DNA from: Caldisericum sp.
GTDB lineage: Bacteria; Caldisericota; Caldisericia; Caldisericales; Caldisericaceae
Assembly (NCBI GenBank): GCA_022759145.1
Contig: JAEMPV010000048.1
Span: 4,263-68,262, forward strand
DNA: 64,000 bases
Direction: 5' to 3'
Shown: piece by piece, positions 1 through 8,747 of the stretch
Layout of the letters: each line of letters opens with the position of its first letter
How positions within the stretch are numbered: position 1 is the first letter of the stretch
Translations under genes and position numbers: made by a program
Notes under the pieces: model-generated
The model's database searches: none
The model's input: the letters and a program-made list of their open reading frames with translations, nothing else
What the model was told of the DNA's origin: nothing

Positions 1-330
1 AACAAAGTCTATAACGGGAACAACGAACATTATTCCTGTTCCTGGCTCCTTAAAGTCATTTAGTTCTTCTCTTACAACCCTTTGTGCTTCTCGTAAAGTT
101 TTTTCCTCTTTTATTACCGTAAATATTGTTTTGTTTTCAGGGTATCTACCACTACCTACATTAAAGATTTCAAGAAGTGTCGAAAATGTAGAAACTTCGG
201 GTTCAAGTGTTCTTCCCATTCCAATTGAATCGATAATTGTTGCTCCTCTTACATCAACCTCTAAAAATCTTTCGAGAATCTTGTTAATTTTTTCTGTTTT
301 GTTCAATACAATTACCAAAAGATATGCCAT
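1..330 (-). CDS. Small P-II-like (GlnB-fold) signalling protein; 3' end runs off the window
   Basis: Absent from the ORF track because no stop lies inside the window. My reverse-complement translation from ATG 330..328 gives MAYLLVIVLNKTEKINKILERFLEVDVRGATIIDSIGMGR...GTGIMFVVPVIDFV, 110 codons open to position 1. GGAGG at 336..340 lies 5 nt upstream. Size and pattern resemble P-II/PstA(DarA)-type proteins. Confidence 0.5.
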   Translation of the reverse strand, partial: MAYLLVIVLNKTEKINKILERFLEVDVRGATIIDSIGMGRTLEPEVSTFSTLLEIFNVGSGRYPENKTIFTVIKEEKTLREAQRVVREELNDFKEPGTGIMFVVPVIDFV

Positions 331-349
331 TTATGCCTCCTATTTTATT

Positions 350-985
350 TTAAGAGTTTTCCAATAAAATGCCAAGTTCATGGTAATTAGTGAAAATTAA
401 ACAACATTCAACAGTTATTGGTTTTGAAGGAATTATAAAACACCTGATGTTTGCGTTTTTTGCAGTTAGTGCGTCTTGGTCTGCATCGCCAATTATTGCA
501 ACATTATCTTTCGGAAGGTTTAACTCTTGTACAATATAATCTATTGTTCGTGGATCAGGCTTTACAAAAGGAAGGCTCTCGAAGCCATATACTCTCTCAA
601 ATTTATCCTTAATATTAAATCTTTCTAAGACCTTTAGCATAGGTTCAAGGTTCTTGTTTGAGAGAATTACCTTTCTATGGGTATCGGTTTCAAGGAATTC
701 AAGAACATCATCGATAGGGATAGATTCTTCTCCTGAATGTTCTATATAGTACTTTAAAGTTAGTTCATAAGCTTTATTTATTATCTCTTCATTTCCCTCA
801 CCAAAAGCCCTTTTTACGGTATTTAGTAAGCCATCGCCCGTATAACTCCAAATTAATTTTGGATCTAGTTCAGATTTTCCGAATTGCTTGAGAGAAAAGT
901 TAACGGCGTTTGCTATATCCAAGGTTGTATCAAAAAGCGTTCCGTCGAAGTCAAAAATAAGTAAGTCTATACCTCTTTTTTCCAT
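350..985 (-). CDS. HAD-superfamily hydrolase (phosphoglycolate phosphatase / PpaX-like)
   Basis: HAD motif I DLLIFDFDGTLFDT at the N-terminus, motif III K (FVKPDP) and motif IV IIGDADQD. Confidence 0.8.
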   Translation of the reverse strand: MEKRGIDLLIFDFDGTLFDTTLDIANAVNFSLKQFGKSELDPKLIWSYTGDGLLNTVKRAFGEGNEEIINKAYELTLKYYIEHSGEESIPIDDVLEFLETDTHRKVILSNKNLEPMLKVLERFNIKDKFERVYGFESLPFVKPDPRTIDYIVQELNLPKDNVAIIGDADQDALTAKNANIRCFIIPSKPITVECCLIFTNYHELGILLENS

Positions 986-993
986 TTCAAAGT

Positions 994-1021
994 ATTATAA
1001 TTTATTTTGCAAAATAATCAA
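994..1021 (-). promoter_or_regulatory. Candidate promoter of the HAD gene: TTGATT-16 nt-TATAAT, with the -10 box 8 nt from the ATG
   Basis: Minus strand reads TTGATT (1021..1016), a 16-nt spacer, TATAAT (999..994), ACTTTGAA, then ATG (985). No SD. Confidence 0.4.
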
Positions 1022-1033
1022 AAAATGTATAAT
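1007..1033 (+). promoter_or_regulatory. Candidate promoter of the S8 protease gene: TTGCAA-15 nt-(TG)TATAAT, with the -10 box 5 nt from the ATG
   Basis: TTGCAA 1007..1012, TG 1026..1027, TATAAT 1028..1033, AAAGT, ATG 1039. No SD. Confidence 0.4.
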
Positions 1034-1038
1034 AAAGT

Positions 1039-4029
1039 ATGAAAAATAAATATACACTTAGTAAGAAGATTATCTCGATTTTTTTAGTATTTTTGTTTTT
1101 ATTTTCTCTCTCTTCACCAATAAAAGCAAACAAGACAAAAAGTAACTATTCAAAATTCGTTGAAGGGAAAACTTACAAGGCAATCGTTCTTTTTAACGAA
1201 CCATCAATTCTTAACTATAAAGATACGCTTTCGTATAAATTACTTTCGCTTATTGGAGTCAATCCAACAGAAAATTATGAAAGATCTCTTAATGAAAAAC
1301 ATGAAAATTTCAGAGGGATGATCGAAAAGTTTGGCGGAAAGACTACTTACGATTTCCTTTATGTTGTTAACGGAATAAGCGTTGAAGCAGATGGCAAAAT
1401 TCTCAATGAACTTCTAAGCTCTAACTCTATAAAGGGGATTTATGAGGAAAAAACTTATACGCTTGAAAGAGATATCACAAGGAAAGTAATAAAGTCAGAC
1501 TTGGTAAATGCAACAAAAGATGCTTCTGGTAATTATATTACTGGATCGAATATAAAAATAGGCATTATTGATACGGGTGTTGATTATACGCATAAGGAAC
1601 TTGGTGGAGGTAAATTTCCTAATTCAAAAGTTGTTGGTGGGTATGATTTTGCTGATAACGATCCTGACCCAATGGACTACGATGGTCACGGCACACATGT
1701 TGCAGGTATTGCTGCAGGATCGGAAAAAGGGATTGCAAAGGATGCAAAAATTTATGCCTATAAAGTGTTTTCAAAAAATAGCACTACTACAACAAGTTCT
1801 CTTATTATAAAGGCTTTGGATCAATCAGTAAAAGACAAGTGTGATGTAGTAAATATTTCAATAGGGCTTCAGAATGGAGGAGCTACTTCTTCTGATCCGG
1901 AATCTCAAGCAGTGAGGACGGCTGTTAATTCAGGCGTTGTTGTAGTTGCTGCAGCCGGAAATAACGGCGTTCCAAGTGAATTTTTCAATTACCCTGTTAG
2001 CTCTCCTGGTTCTGTTGATCTTGCAATTGGCGTCGGTGCTTCGAATGACGCCCTTACAGGGATAATTAACTCTTTTGGGAGAAAAATTATTGGGCAATAC
2101 CCAAACGAATCACCTGACTTTAGCGAAGGTGACTTTGATATTGTATATTGTGGACTTGGGCGAAAAGAAGACTTTAAAGGTATTGATGTTAAAGGGAAAA
2201 TAGCTCTAATCGAGAGGGGTCAGATTTATTTTGGAGATAAGGACTTAAATGCAAAAGATGCAGGTGCAGTTGGTGTCATTGTTTACAATAATGTAAGTGG
2301 AATGCCAAAAATTACTCTCGTTTCGCAGGATAATCCTTCAAGAACGGATTTCATACCCTTCCTTTTTATTTCATTTACCGATGGTCAGTTTCTGAAAGAG
2401 CATATTAAAGAGAAAGTTACGATAAGTAACGAATTTGGATTAGGTCAAATTGCCGAATTTTCATCTGCAGGTCCTACGACGGATTTTTATTTGAAGCCAG
2501 ATCTTGTTGCACCAGGAGTTAATATAAATTCAACTTATCTAAATAATTCATATGTTGAAATGAGTGGTACATCTATGGCTTCGCCTGTAGTTGCAGGTTC
2601 CGTTGCACTGGTTAAGCAAGCAAAACCTAATTTATCACCTCAAGAAATAAAGTATATACTTATGAACACGGCAGATATACTATATAATCCCGCATCTTCA
2701 CTACCGTTTTCCCCTACTCTTCAAGGTGCTGGAAGAGTTGATGTATTTAACGCAATTAATTCTAATGCTATTATTTACCCTTCATCATTAATCTTTGGTA
2801 ATGGCATACAATCGAAAACCTTCAATTTAACGATAAAAAATCTTTCGAGCACTTCCAAAACTTTTTCAACATCAATATCATTCGGTTCCAACGAAAGATT
2901 AAATATAAATTTACCATCTACAATAACAGTAAAAGGAAATTCAACCTTTTCATTCAACATTTCGTTATCTGCTTCCTCTGATACTATAAGTTCTTATGGT
3001 TTTATTTTCTTTGATAGCGGATTTGAGAAACTACATATTCCTTTTGTGTATCTAAACGATAACGAACCAAAAGAACCTATATACAATGTAAAGATAGACA
3101 AAAATATCCTTTCTCCAAATGATACTGCTAAAATTTCGTTTTCCGTTGGAATAGGGAGCGTTGGAACTGGAGAAAATTATAAGTTTAGGGAAAACATTGC
3201 AGAAGAAGTACGAGTTTCCGTGATTGATGCAAAAGGGAATATTATTAAGGATATCTTTGATGTTGCGCCAATATATGTGGGAGACTATTCGATAACGCTT
3301 TCACCTTATGATCCTGTAAGAGGCTTGTATTTCCTGCAGAACGGGACGTATTTTTACAAGATTTCTTTTATTGAAGCAAATGATGACGAAAATAGTAAAA
3401 ATGTATACCCTACTGTTGAAACCTTTGTTAAAAGCGGAAGTTTTTCAGTATCTAACTTCGGAGTAACTGGTACTATTTCAATGAGTTTACCTTCAAACTA
3501 CGCTCCGTTAATGAATAAGGGTGATATTCTACCTGTTAATTTGAATATTAATGCAACAAAGCAATTTTTGAATTTAAGTTTTGAACTTCGATTCGATAAA
3601 ACTAAGATTGCCTTATCTTCTATCTTAGTTTCTCAGGGAGATATTTCAGTAGATAGTAGTGACTCGCAAAATGGGGTTATTATAAAAATTCAATCCGTTT
3701 CACCGGTAACAACAACGCAACTAAAACTTTCTTTTAAAGCGTTAGAAAATGGCAGCGGATTTATTGATATTTATGGACCTTCTTCAGACACAGATGAAGT
3801 ATTCTATGTGAACGGAATTAAGTATCTTATATCTGACTACGCAAAAATAGCCGATTTTAACGGAGACAAAAGAGTAGACTCTCAGGATGCAAGCATTTTT
3901 AAGGCAACCTTTGGTTTAACTAAGGATAACAAGAATTTTAATCCTAAGTGTGACTTGAACTTCGACGGCATAGTTGATAAAAATGATTTCTTTATTTTTG
4001 CAAAGCACTTTGGGGAAGTTTATCCTTAA
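1039..4029 (+). CDS. Secreted subtilisin-family (S8) serine protease with PA-domain insert, C-terminal cohesin-like module and dockerin
   Basis: Signal peptide MKNKYTLSKKIISIFLVFLFLFSLSSPIKA. I9-like propeptide. Catalytic D (IGIIDTGVDYTH), H (HGTHVAG) and S (SGTSMASP). PA-like insert (KIALIERG...GAVGVIVYNN). Cohesin-like segment GDILPVNLNINATKQFLNLSFELRFDKTKIAL (~3480-3800). Two dockerin EF-hand repeats, DFNGDKRVDSQD and DLNFDGIVDKND (3853-4026). Confidence 0.85.
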   Translation: MKNKYTLSKKIISIFLVFLFLFSLSSPIKANKTKSNYSKFVEGKTYKAIVLFNEPSILNYKDTLSYKLLSLIGVNPTENYERSLNEKHENFRGMIEKFGGKTTYDFLYVVNGISVEADGKILNELLSSNSIKGIYEEKTYTLERDITRKVIKSDLVNATKDASGNYITGSNIKIGIIDTGVDYTHKELGGGKFPNSKVVGGYDFADNDPDPMDYDGHGTHVAGIAAGSEKGIAKDAKIYAYKVFSKNSTTTTSSLIIKALDQSVKDKCDVVNISIGLQNGGATSSDPESQAVRTAVNSGVVVVAAAGNNGVPSEFFNYPVSSPGSVDLAIGVGASNDALTGIINSFGRKIIGQYPNESPDFSEGDFDIVYCGLGRKEDFKGIDVKGKIALIERGQIYFGDKDLNAKDAGAVGVIVYNNVSGMPKITLVSQDNPSRTDFIPFLFISFTDGQFLKEHIKEKVTISNEFGLGQIAEFSSAGPTTDFYLKPDLVAPGVNINSTYLNNSYVEMSGTSMASPVVAGSVALVKQAKPNLSPQEIKYILMNTADILYNPASSLPFSPTLQGAGRVDVFNAINSNAIIYPSSLIFGNGIQSKTFNLTIKNLSSTSKTFSTSISFGSNERLNINLPSTITVKGNSTFSFNISLSASSDTISSYGFIFFDSGFEKLHIPFVYLNDNEPKEPIYNVKIDKNILSPNDTAKISFSVGIGSVGTGENYKFRENIAEEVRVSVIDAKGNIIKDIFDVAPIYVGDYSITLSPYDPVRGLYFLQNGTYFYKISFIEANDDENSKNVYPTVETFVKSGSFSVSNFGVTGTISMSLPSNYAPLMNKGDILPVNLNINATKQFLNLSFELRFDKTKIALSSILVSQGDISVDSSDSQNGVIIKIQSVSPVTTTQLKLSFKALENGSGFIDIYGPSSDTDEVFYVNGIKYLISDYAKIADFNGDKRVDSQDASIFKATFGLTKDNKNFNPKCDLNFDGIVDKNDFFIFAKHFGEVYP

Positions 4030-4038
4030 GGAGGCGAT

Positions 4039-7000
4039 ATGAGAAAAGTCGTTTTGCTATTTTTAGTCTTAATAACTGTATCGAATTTTTTTATTCTGAA
4101 TAGAGTAGATGCTTATACTATAGATTCTATTAATCCAATAGCTGAAATTGGGATTCCTCAGGGCGATTTTATCGGAAGTGCGACGCTTGCGGAAGTAAAT
4201 TTCTTTGAAAGTGACTATGATACAAGATACATTTTCCCAATGCAGGGTATGGCAGTTACAGATGACGGTCTTATTGCAGTTATTGATAATGCTTACGGAC
4301 GTATTCATATTCTTAGTCCATTGCTTCAAGAAAAATATTCCTTTGGATCTCTAAAGGAATTTACATATCCAACTGATGTTGCTTTTGCGAACAACAATTT
4401 TTATATAACCGACCCCTTTAGAAAGGAAATAAGGATTTACGAAAAAAGCGGGATATTCATAAAAAGTATTAAGAATTCTTCTTTCACATCGCCTATAGGA
4501 GTTACTGTTGCTTCAAATTATATATTTGTTTCTGATTACTTCTCGAATACTTTATTTAAACTCGATTCTAATGGAAAAATTTTAAGTTCTGTCAATATAG
4601 CCACTCCTTTAGGGCTTTCTTCTAATACAAAAGGAAATATCTTTGCCATTTCAGGTAAAGAGAAAAAAATTTACGTTTTTGATTTGAACCTTAATTTAGT
4701 AAAGGCTTTTGGAGATGATGTGTTAACTTTTCCTTCAGACTCTGCAACCGACTCTAAAGGATATCTGTATGTTGTTGATAGAGGGCTAAATCCAAACTCT
4801 TCAAGCAACCCCAAAATTTTTGTATTCGATACTAATTACAAACTTGTAAACTCTTTTGGCAGTCTTTCAAATAGCACATCATCTATTCCAGATGGTGCTT
4901 TTCTTACACCTGCTGGTATTGCTGTTTCTTCGACTAACTCTCTTTATGTTTTTGATTCTGGCTATTTCTTCTATTTACAATCCAACTCTGATGCGCCATT
5001 TGGCTATCCTCTTATAACAAGGCTTTCGGTATTTAATACCTCAGGATATTTCGTAAGCAAAAAAGACTTTGTGAGAGATTCAAGCAAGGGTATTTTGCTA
5101 AATCCAGTCGGTGCAACTCTTGATGAAAACGGTTATACCTGGGTTCTTAACAGAGGCAACCTTGACCAGAGTGAAATTCTGAAATTTGGTTCTGATGGGA
5201 CTCTTATTCTTAGAATAACGAAAATTGGAAGTCAAAGCCTACCTTCTTTAACATCGATATATTCCGACAAAAGAGGAAACATCCTTGCTATTGGCAATAA
5301 TCAAATTCTTGTTTTTAGTTCAACAGGAGCTTTCAAACAAAACATCCTTAATGCAAATTTTGGTTTGCTAAAGAAAATTTTGCTTTTTAACGGTTATTAC
5401 TGGGTAACTTCACAGGACAATGGTCAGGTGCTAAAACTGGATAGCAATTTTAAAATTGTTGGTAGTTTTAGCGTATGTAAGTTCCCTTCGGGAATTGCTT
5501 TTGATTCAAAAGGAAAAGCCTTTATTACATCCCTTGATGATAATATGGTGCATGTGTATGATTCAACATTCAAAGAACTTATGAAGTTTGGCGGTTCCGG
5601 AAAAGGAAATTTTAAACTATATATTCCTGAAGATCTTGACATTGACAAAGATGATAATGTTTATATTGCAAATACTGAGAATGGTAAGATAACAGTATTC
5701 ACTAATAATGGTACACCTTTATTTGAAACTGAGCCTAACTATCCTGGTATTACTTCAATTGAGATTGAGAATTCACACATTATTGCATCTGATGCCTTTC
5801 ATAATATTGTCTGGGTTTTTGAGGTAAAAAAGCAATATCTTGATTATTCATTTTCTGTTAGTTCGTTCCCAGAAGAAGCAAGCATTTCTCATTCAGACTT
5901 TGTAAACATTTATTTCACTGTCACTAATACTGGGTTAAAGACTGACTCTTATACATATTCCGTAAGTTTAACAAATGCAAACTCATTTAAATATACCATT
6001 TTTGATTCAAGTAACACATTCTTGCTTCTTCCAAATACTTCTAAAAGAGTAAGGGTTCTTGTAGAAAGTAAAGATGCAAAAGATGGTGACTCAACACAGG
6101 TTATTTTTAAGGTAACTTCCTCAAATCTTAAATACTCAATGATATCTAATTCTATAATAAGCGTTACTTCCAATTTGCAACCTGGAATTTTTATTGATGA
6201 AGGTTCGGTTCAAGTTGGAGGAAACATTCTGCTTCCACTTTATATTAAAAACCCTTCGGGTATAAGGGGAATTGCTTTTGATTTAATATTTGACAAAAAT
6301 AAGGTTGCATTTGATAGTTTTAAACCGGAATCTCAATTTAGTAATGCACTTATACTTACTAAAGAGATTGATAACGGCATTACAGTAATGGTTGAATTCC
6401 CAAAAGAGAATTATCTATTAAATACATCTAAAATTGGCTATCTTTCTTTTAAAGGTCTAAATATTGGAAGTGCTGTATTACAAATTACGGAAGCTAATTA
6501 CTCTGCTGTTACGGATGAAGTAAAACAATTTGAAAATATCTTTCCTGGTGGAATAACCGTTACACCCTTGCTTACTGTAAATATACCTGATAACTTTTCG
6601 ACTTCAGTCCAAACGATTACAGTTACAGGCAAAACAACGCCTGATTGCACAGTTTATGTAAATGGTATGCCGGTTTCTGTTCAAAGTGATGGGAGTTTTA
6701 CATATAAGTTAACGCTCTCAAGTTACCAAACAAATTTAATAGTAGTATCTAAAGCAAAAACTGGTGAAGAGACCACTATCCAGAAGAATATTAAATTCAC
6801 TGGCAAGTTAAAATTAACGATAGTCCTTGAAGTCGGAAATCCTATTATGTACGTAAATGGTGTTGCTGAAGAAATTGATCCTGGGAGAGGGACTGCACCA
6901 GCAATTATATCAGGGTGGAATAGAACCGTCGTTCCCATAAGAGCAATAGTAGAAAAATTAGGAGGAAGTATAGGTTGGGATACAGTTAATAAAATAGTAA

Positions 7001-7224
7001 CGATAAACATAAATAATAAATCAATAAGTCTTCAAATAGGAAATAATATTGCAAAAGTTAATGGAATTGAAGTTCCAATTGATCCGTCTAATCCGCTCGT
7101 TAAACCTTTAATAATAAACGATAGAACTATGGTCCCGCTTCGTTTTGTTGCTGAACAGATTGGCTGCACAGTATCATGGGATGACAAGCAGAAGAAGATC
7201 ACAATTGAATATGTTTTTCCGTGA
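4039..7224 (+). CDS. Secreted NHL-repeat beta-propeller protein with Ig-like, cohesin-like and copper-amine-oxidase-N-terminal-like (stalk) domains
   Basis: SD AAGGAGG 7 nt upstream. Signal peptide MRKVVLLFLVLITVSNFFILNRVDA. Repeated NHL-type blades over about 550 aa (P.GVTV....IFVSD, YLYVVDRG, VYIANTENGKI). Cohesin-like GGNILLPLYIKNPSGIRGIAFDLIFDKNKVAF (~6190-6600). C-terminal tandem VPIRAIVEKLGGSIGWD / MVPLRFVAEQIGCTVSWD, typical of the Cu-amine-oxidase N-terminal-like domain. Confidence 0.75.
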   Translation: MRKVVLLFLVLITVSNFFILNRVDAYTIDSINPIAEIGIPQGDFIGSATLAEVNFFESDYDTRYIFPMQGMAVTDDGLIAVIDNAYGRIHILSPLLQEKYSFGSLKEFTYPTDVAFANNNFYITDPFRKEIRIYEKSGIFIKSIKNSSFTSPIGVTVASNYIFVSDYFSNTLFKLDSNGKILSSVNIATPLGLSSNTKGNIFAISGKEKKIYVFDLNLNLVKAFGDDVLTFPSDSATDSKGYLYVVDRGLNPNSSSNPKIFVFDTNYKLVNSFGSLSNSTSSIPDGAFLTPAGIAVSSTNSLYVFDSGYFFYLQSNSDAPFGYPLITRLSVFNTSGYFVSKKDFVRDSSKGILLNPVGATLDENGYTWVLNRGNLDQSEILKFGSDGTLILRITKIGSQSLPSLTSIYSDKRGNILAIGNNQILVFSSTGAFKQNILNANFGLLKKILLFNGYYWVTSQDNGQVLKLDSNFKIVGSFSVCKFPSGIAFDSKGKAFITSLDDNMVHVYDSTFKELMKFGGSGKGNFKLYIPEDLDIDKDDNVYIANTENGKITVFTNNGTPLFETEPNYPGITSIEIENSHIIASDAFHNIVWVFEVKKQYLDYSFSVSSFPEEASISHSDFVNIYFTVTNTGLKTDSYTYSVSLTNANSFKYTIFDSSNTFLLLPNTSKRVRVLVESKDAKDGDSTQVIFKVTSSNLKYSMISNSIISVTSNLQPGIFIDEGSVQVGGNILLPLYIKNPSGIRGIAFDLIFDKNKVAFDSFKPESQFSNALILTKEIDNGITVMVEFPKENYLLNTSKIGYLSFKGLNIGSAVLQITEANYSAVTDEVKQFENIFPGGITVTPLLTVNIPDNFSTSVQTITVTGKTTPDCTVYVNGMPVSVQSDGSFTYKLTLSSYQTNLIVVSKAKTGEETTIQKNIKFTGKLKLTIVLEVGNPIMYVNGVAEEIDPGRGTAPAIISGWNRTVVPIRAIVEKLGGSIGWDTVNKIVTININNKSISLQIGNNIAKVNGIEVPIDPSNPLVKPLIINDRTMVPLRFVAEQIGCTVSWDDKQKKITIEYVFP

Positions 7225-7227
7225 ATT

Positions 7228-7626
7228 TTATTTAGGACCTAGTATTAAAGTACAGAGATAGTCAGCAATTTTTGTGTATTTTGATTCTCTTGGGACATGT
7301 TCGAAAGAAATATTTTCGAACTCATTTAGGATATTTTTTATTGATGTAAAGTATGGCATTAGGTCTTTTGATTTGACTTTGTATCTTCCATTTAATTGGG
7401 AAACGACAAGAAGTGAATCAGAGAAGACTTTAATTCTTTTGAAATTTCTTTCCTTTGCTTTCTCTAAGCTTTTTAAAATTGCCGTGTACTCCGCAACATT
7501 ATTTGTAGCAAACCCTATATATTCACTATATACCAGAATGACTTTATTATCCAGCACAAATACAGAGGAAACCGCAGATTCTCCTGGATTTCCTCTGCTT
7601 GCGCCATCAGTATAAATTTCAACCAT
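7228..7626 (-). CDS. rnhA: Ribonuclease HI (short, archaeal-type RNase H1 fold)
   Basis: [12 protein letters not shown] (first Asp), NNVAEY (Glu), VFSDS (Asp), IADYL (C-terminal Asp). 132 aa. The start overlaps the macro-domain gene stop by 8 nt. Confidence 0.75.
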   Translation of the reverse strand: MVEIYTDGASRGNPGESAVSSVFVLDNKVILVYSEYIGFATNNVAEYTAILKSLEKAKERNFKRIKVFSDSLLVVSQLNGRYKVKSKDLMPYFTSIKNILNEFENISFEHVPRESKYTKIADYLCTLILGPK

Positions 7627-8167
7627 TGACTAAAGCCTCTTTAAAAAGATTTGTTATCTCTTCGTCGATACCTATAAAATGAACCTCTTCTAATACTCCT
7701 TTATTTTCTTTTATAAACTTTAGTACTTCATCTGCTATAATTTTCGTTCCTTTGTCTTTTGGAAACCCAAAAATTCCACAACTTACCGCAGGAATTGAAA
7801 TAGACTTTATGCCGTATTCTTTTGCTAATTTGAGAACACTTCGTATTGCATTCCTTAGTTTCTCTTCTTCATTACCTTCGCCAAATCTTGGTCCAACAGT
7901 ATGAATTACATATTTTGCTTTTAATCGGTACCCTTTTGTAATTACGGCTTCTCCAACGGGTATTGGACCTCTTTCTTCTACGATTTTGTCGCTATCTTTT
8001 TGAATCTCTCTTCCACCTTTTCTTACAATAGCAAGGGCAACGCCACCTCCATGAGACAGATAAGAATTTGCAGCGTTTACTATTGCATCGACATTTTCTT
8101 CGGTGATGTCGCCCTTAATTACTTTTATTTTTGTTCCTTCTATAACACTAACAAAAATTTCACTCAT
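7619..8167 (-). CDS. Macro-domain protein (ADP-ribose / O-acetyl-ADP-ribose hydrolase family)
   Basis: [22 protein letters not shown] and CGIFGFP motifs of macro domains. 182 aa. Confidence 0.85.
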   Translation of the reverse strand: MSEIFVSVIEGTKIKVIKGDITEENVDAIVNAANSYLSHGGGVALAIVRKGGREIQKDSDKIVEERGPIPVGEAVITKGYRLKAKYVIHTVGPRFGEGNEEEKLRNAIRSVLKLAKEYGIKSISIPAVSCGIFGFPKDKGTKIIADEVLKFIKENKGVLEEVHFIGIDEEITNLFKEALVNG

Positions 8168-8670
8168 TTTTTCAAAAACTTGATTATTTCTCTCATAAAG
8201 TCTGGCAAATCAGAAGGTTGTCTCGATGTTATTAAATTGTTATCAACAACTACACTTTCGTCGACATATTTTGCGCCTGCATTCTTTACATCGTCTTTTA
8301 TAGAGTAGAAACAAGTCATTGTAACTCCATTTACGATTTTTGCTGATATTAGAACCCAACCTGCATGGCAAATTGCTCCAACAAGTTTGTTGGATTCAAA
8401 CATCCTCCTTACAAAAGCAAGTACTTTTTCGTTTCTTCTAAGCAAGTCTGGCGCGTATCCTCCAGGAACTATTACTCCGTCAAACTCGTCAAAGTTTATT
8501 TCATCAATAGATGCTTCAGCCTTCATCTCAAGCCCAACTTTAGAGTGGTAAGTTTTCACTTGTGGACCTATAAGAACCGATTGGAAGCCTTCTTCTTTAA
8601 GCCTGTAGTAAGGATAAATCAACTCGAACTCATTAAAATTGTCTTCAATCAAAACTGCTATCTTTTTCAT
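8164..8670 (-). CDS. DJ-1/PfpI-family protein (PfpI-type intracellular protease/deglycase)
   Basis: VPGGYAP and nucleophile-elbow AICHAGWVL motifs. 168 aa. SD GGAGGTGGGAT upstream. Confidence 0.85.
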   Translation of the reverse strand: MKKIAVLIEDNFNEFELIYPYYRLKEEGFQSVLIGPQVKTYHSKVGLEMKAEASIDEINFDEFDGVIVPGGYAPDLLRRNEKVLAFVRRMFESNKLVGAICHAGWVLISAKIVNGVTMTCFYSIKDDVKNAGAKYVDESVVVDNNLITSRQPSDLPDFMREIIKFLKK

Positions 8671-8722
8671 ATCCCACCTCCAATTAATTATACTCTTAAA
8701 CCTTTTATTTTTAAATAGTTTG

Positions 8723-8731
8723 TGCTATAAT
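8723..8731 (+). promoter_or_regulatory. Extended -10 (TGcTATAAT) upstream of uppP
   Basis: TG 8723..8724 and TATAAT 8726..8731. SD GGAGGT follows, then ATG 8748. Confidence 0.4.
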
Positions 8732-8747
8732 TCAGTGGAGGTAAAAA

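Noticed and set aside
131-367. 78-aa plus-strand ORF at the left edge
   Set aside because: Antisense to the better-supported P-II-like CDS (1..330, minus), which has a GGAGG SD and a coherent fold-like sequence.
1039-7224. Interpretation as a cellulosome locus
   Set aside because: Cohesin and dockerin modules are present. However, no glycoside hydrolase, carbohydrate-binding module or scaffoldin with multiple cohesins is encoded here. The catalytic unit is a protease.
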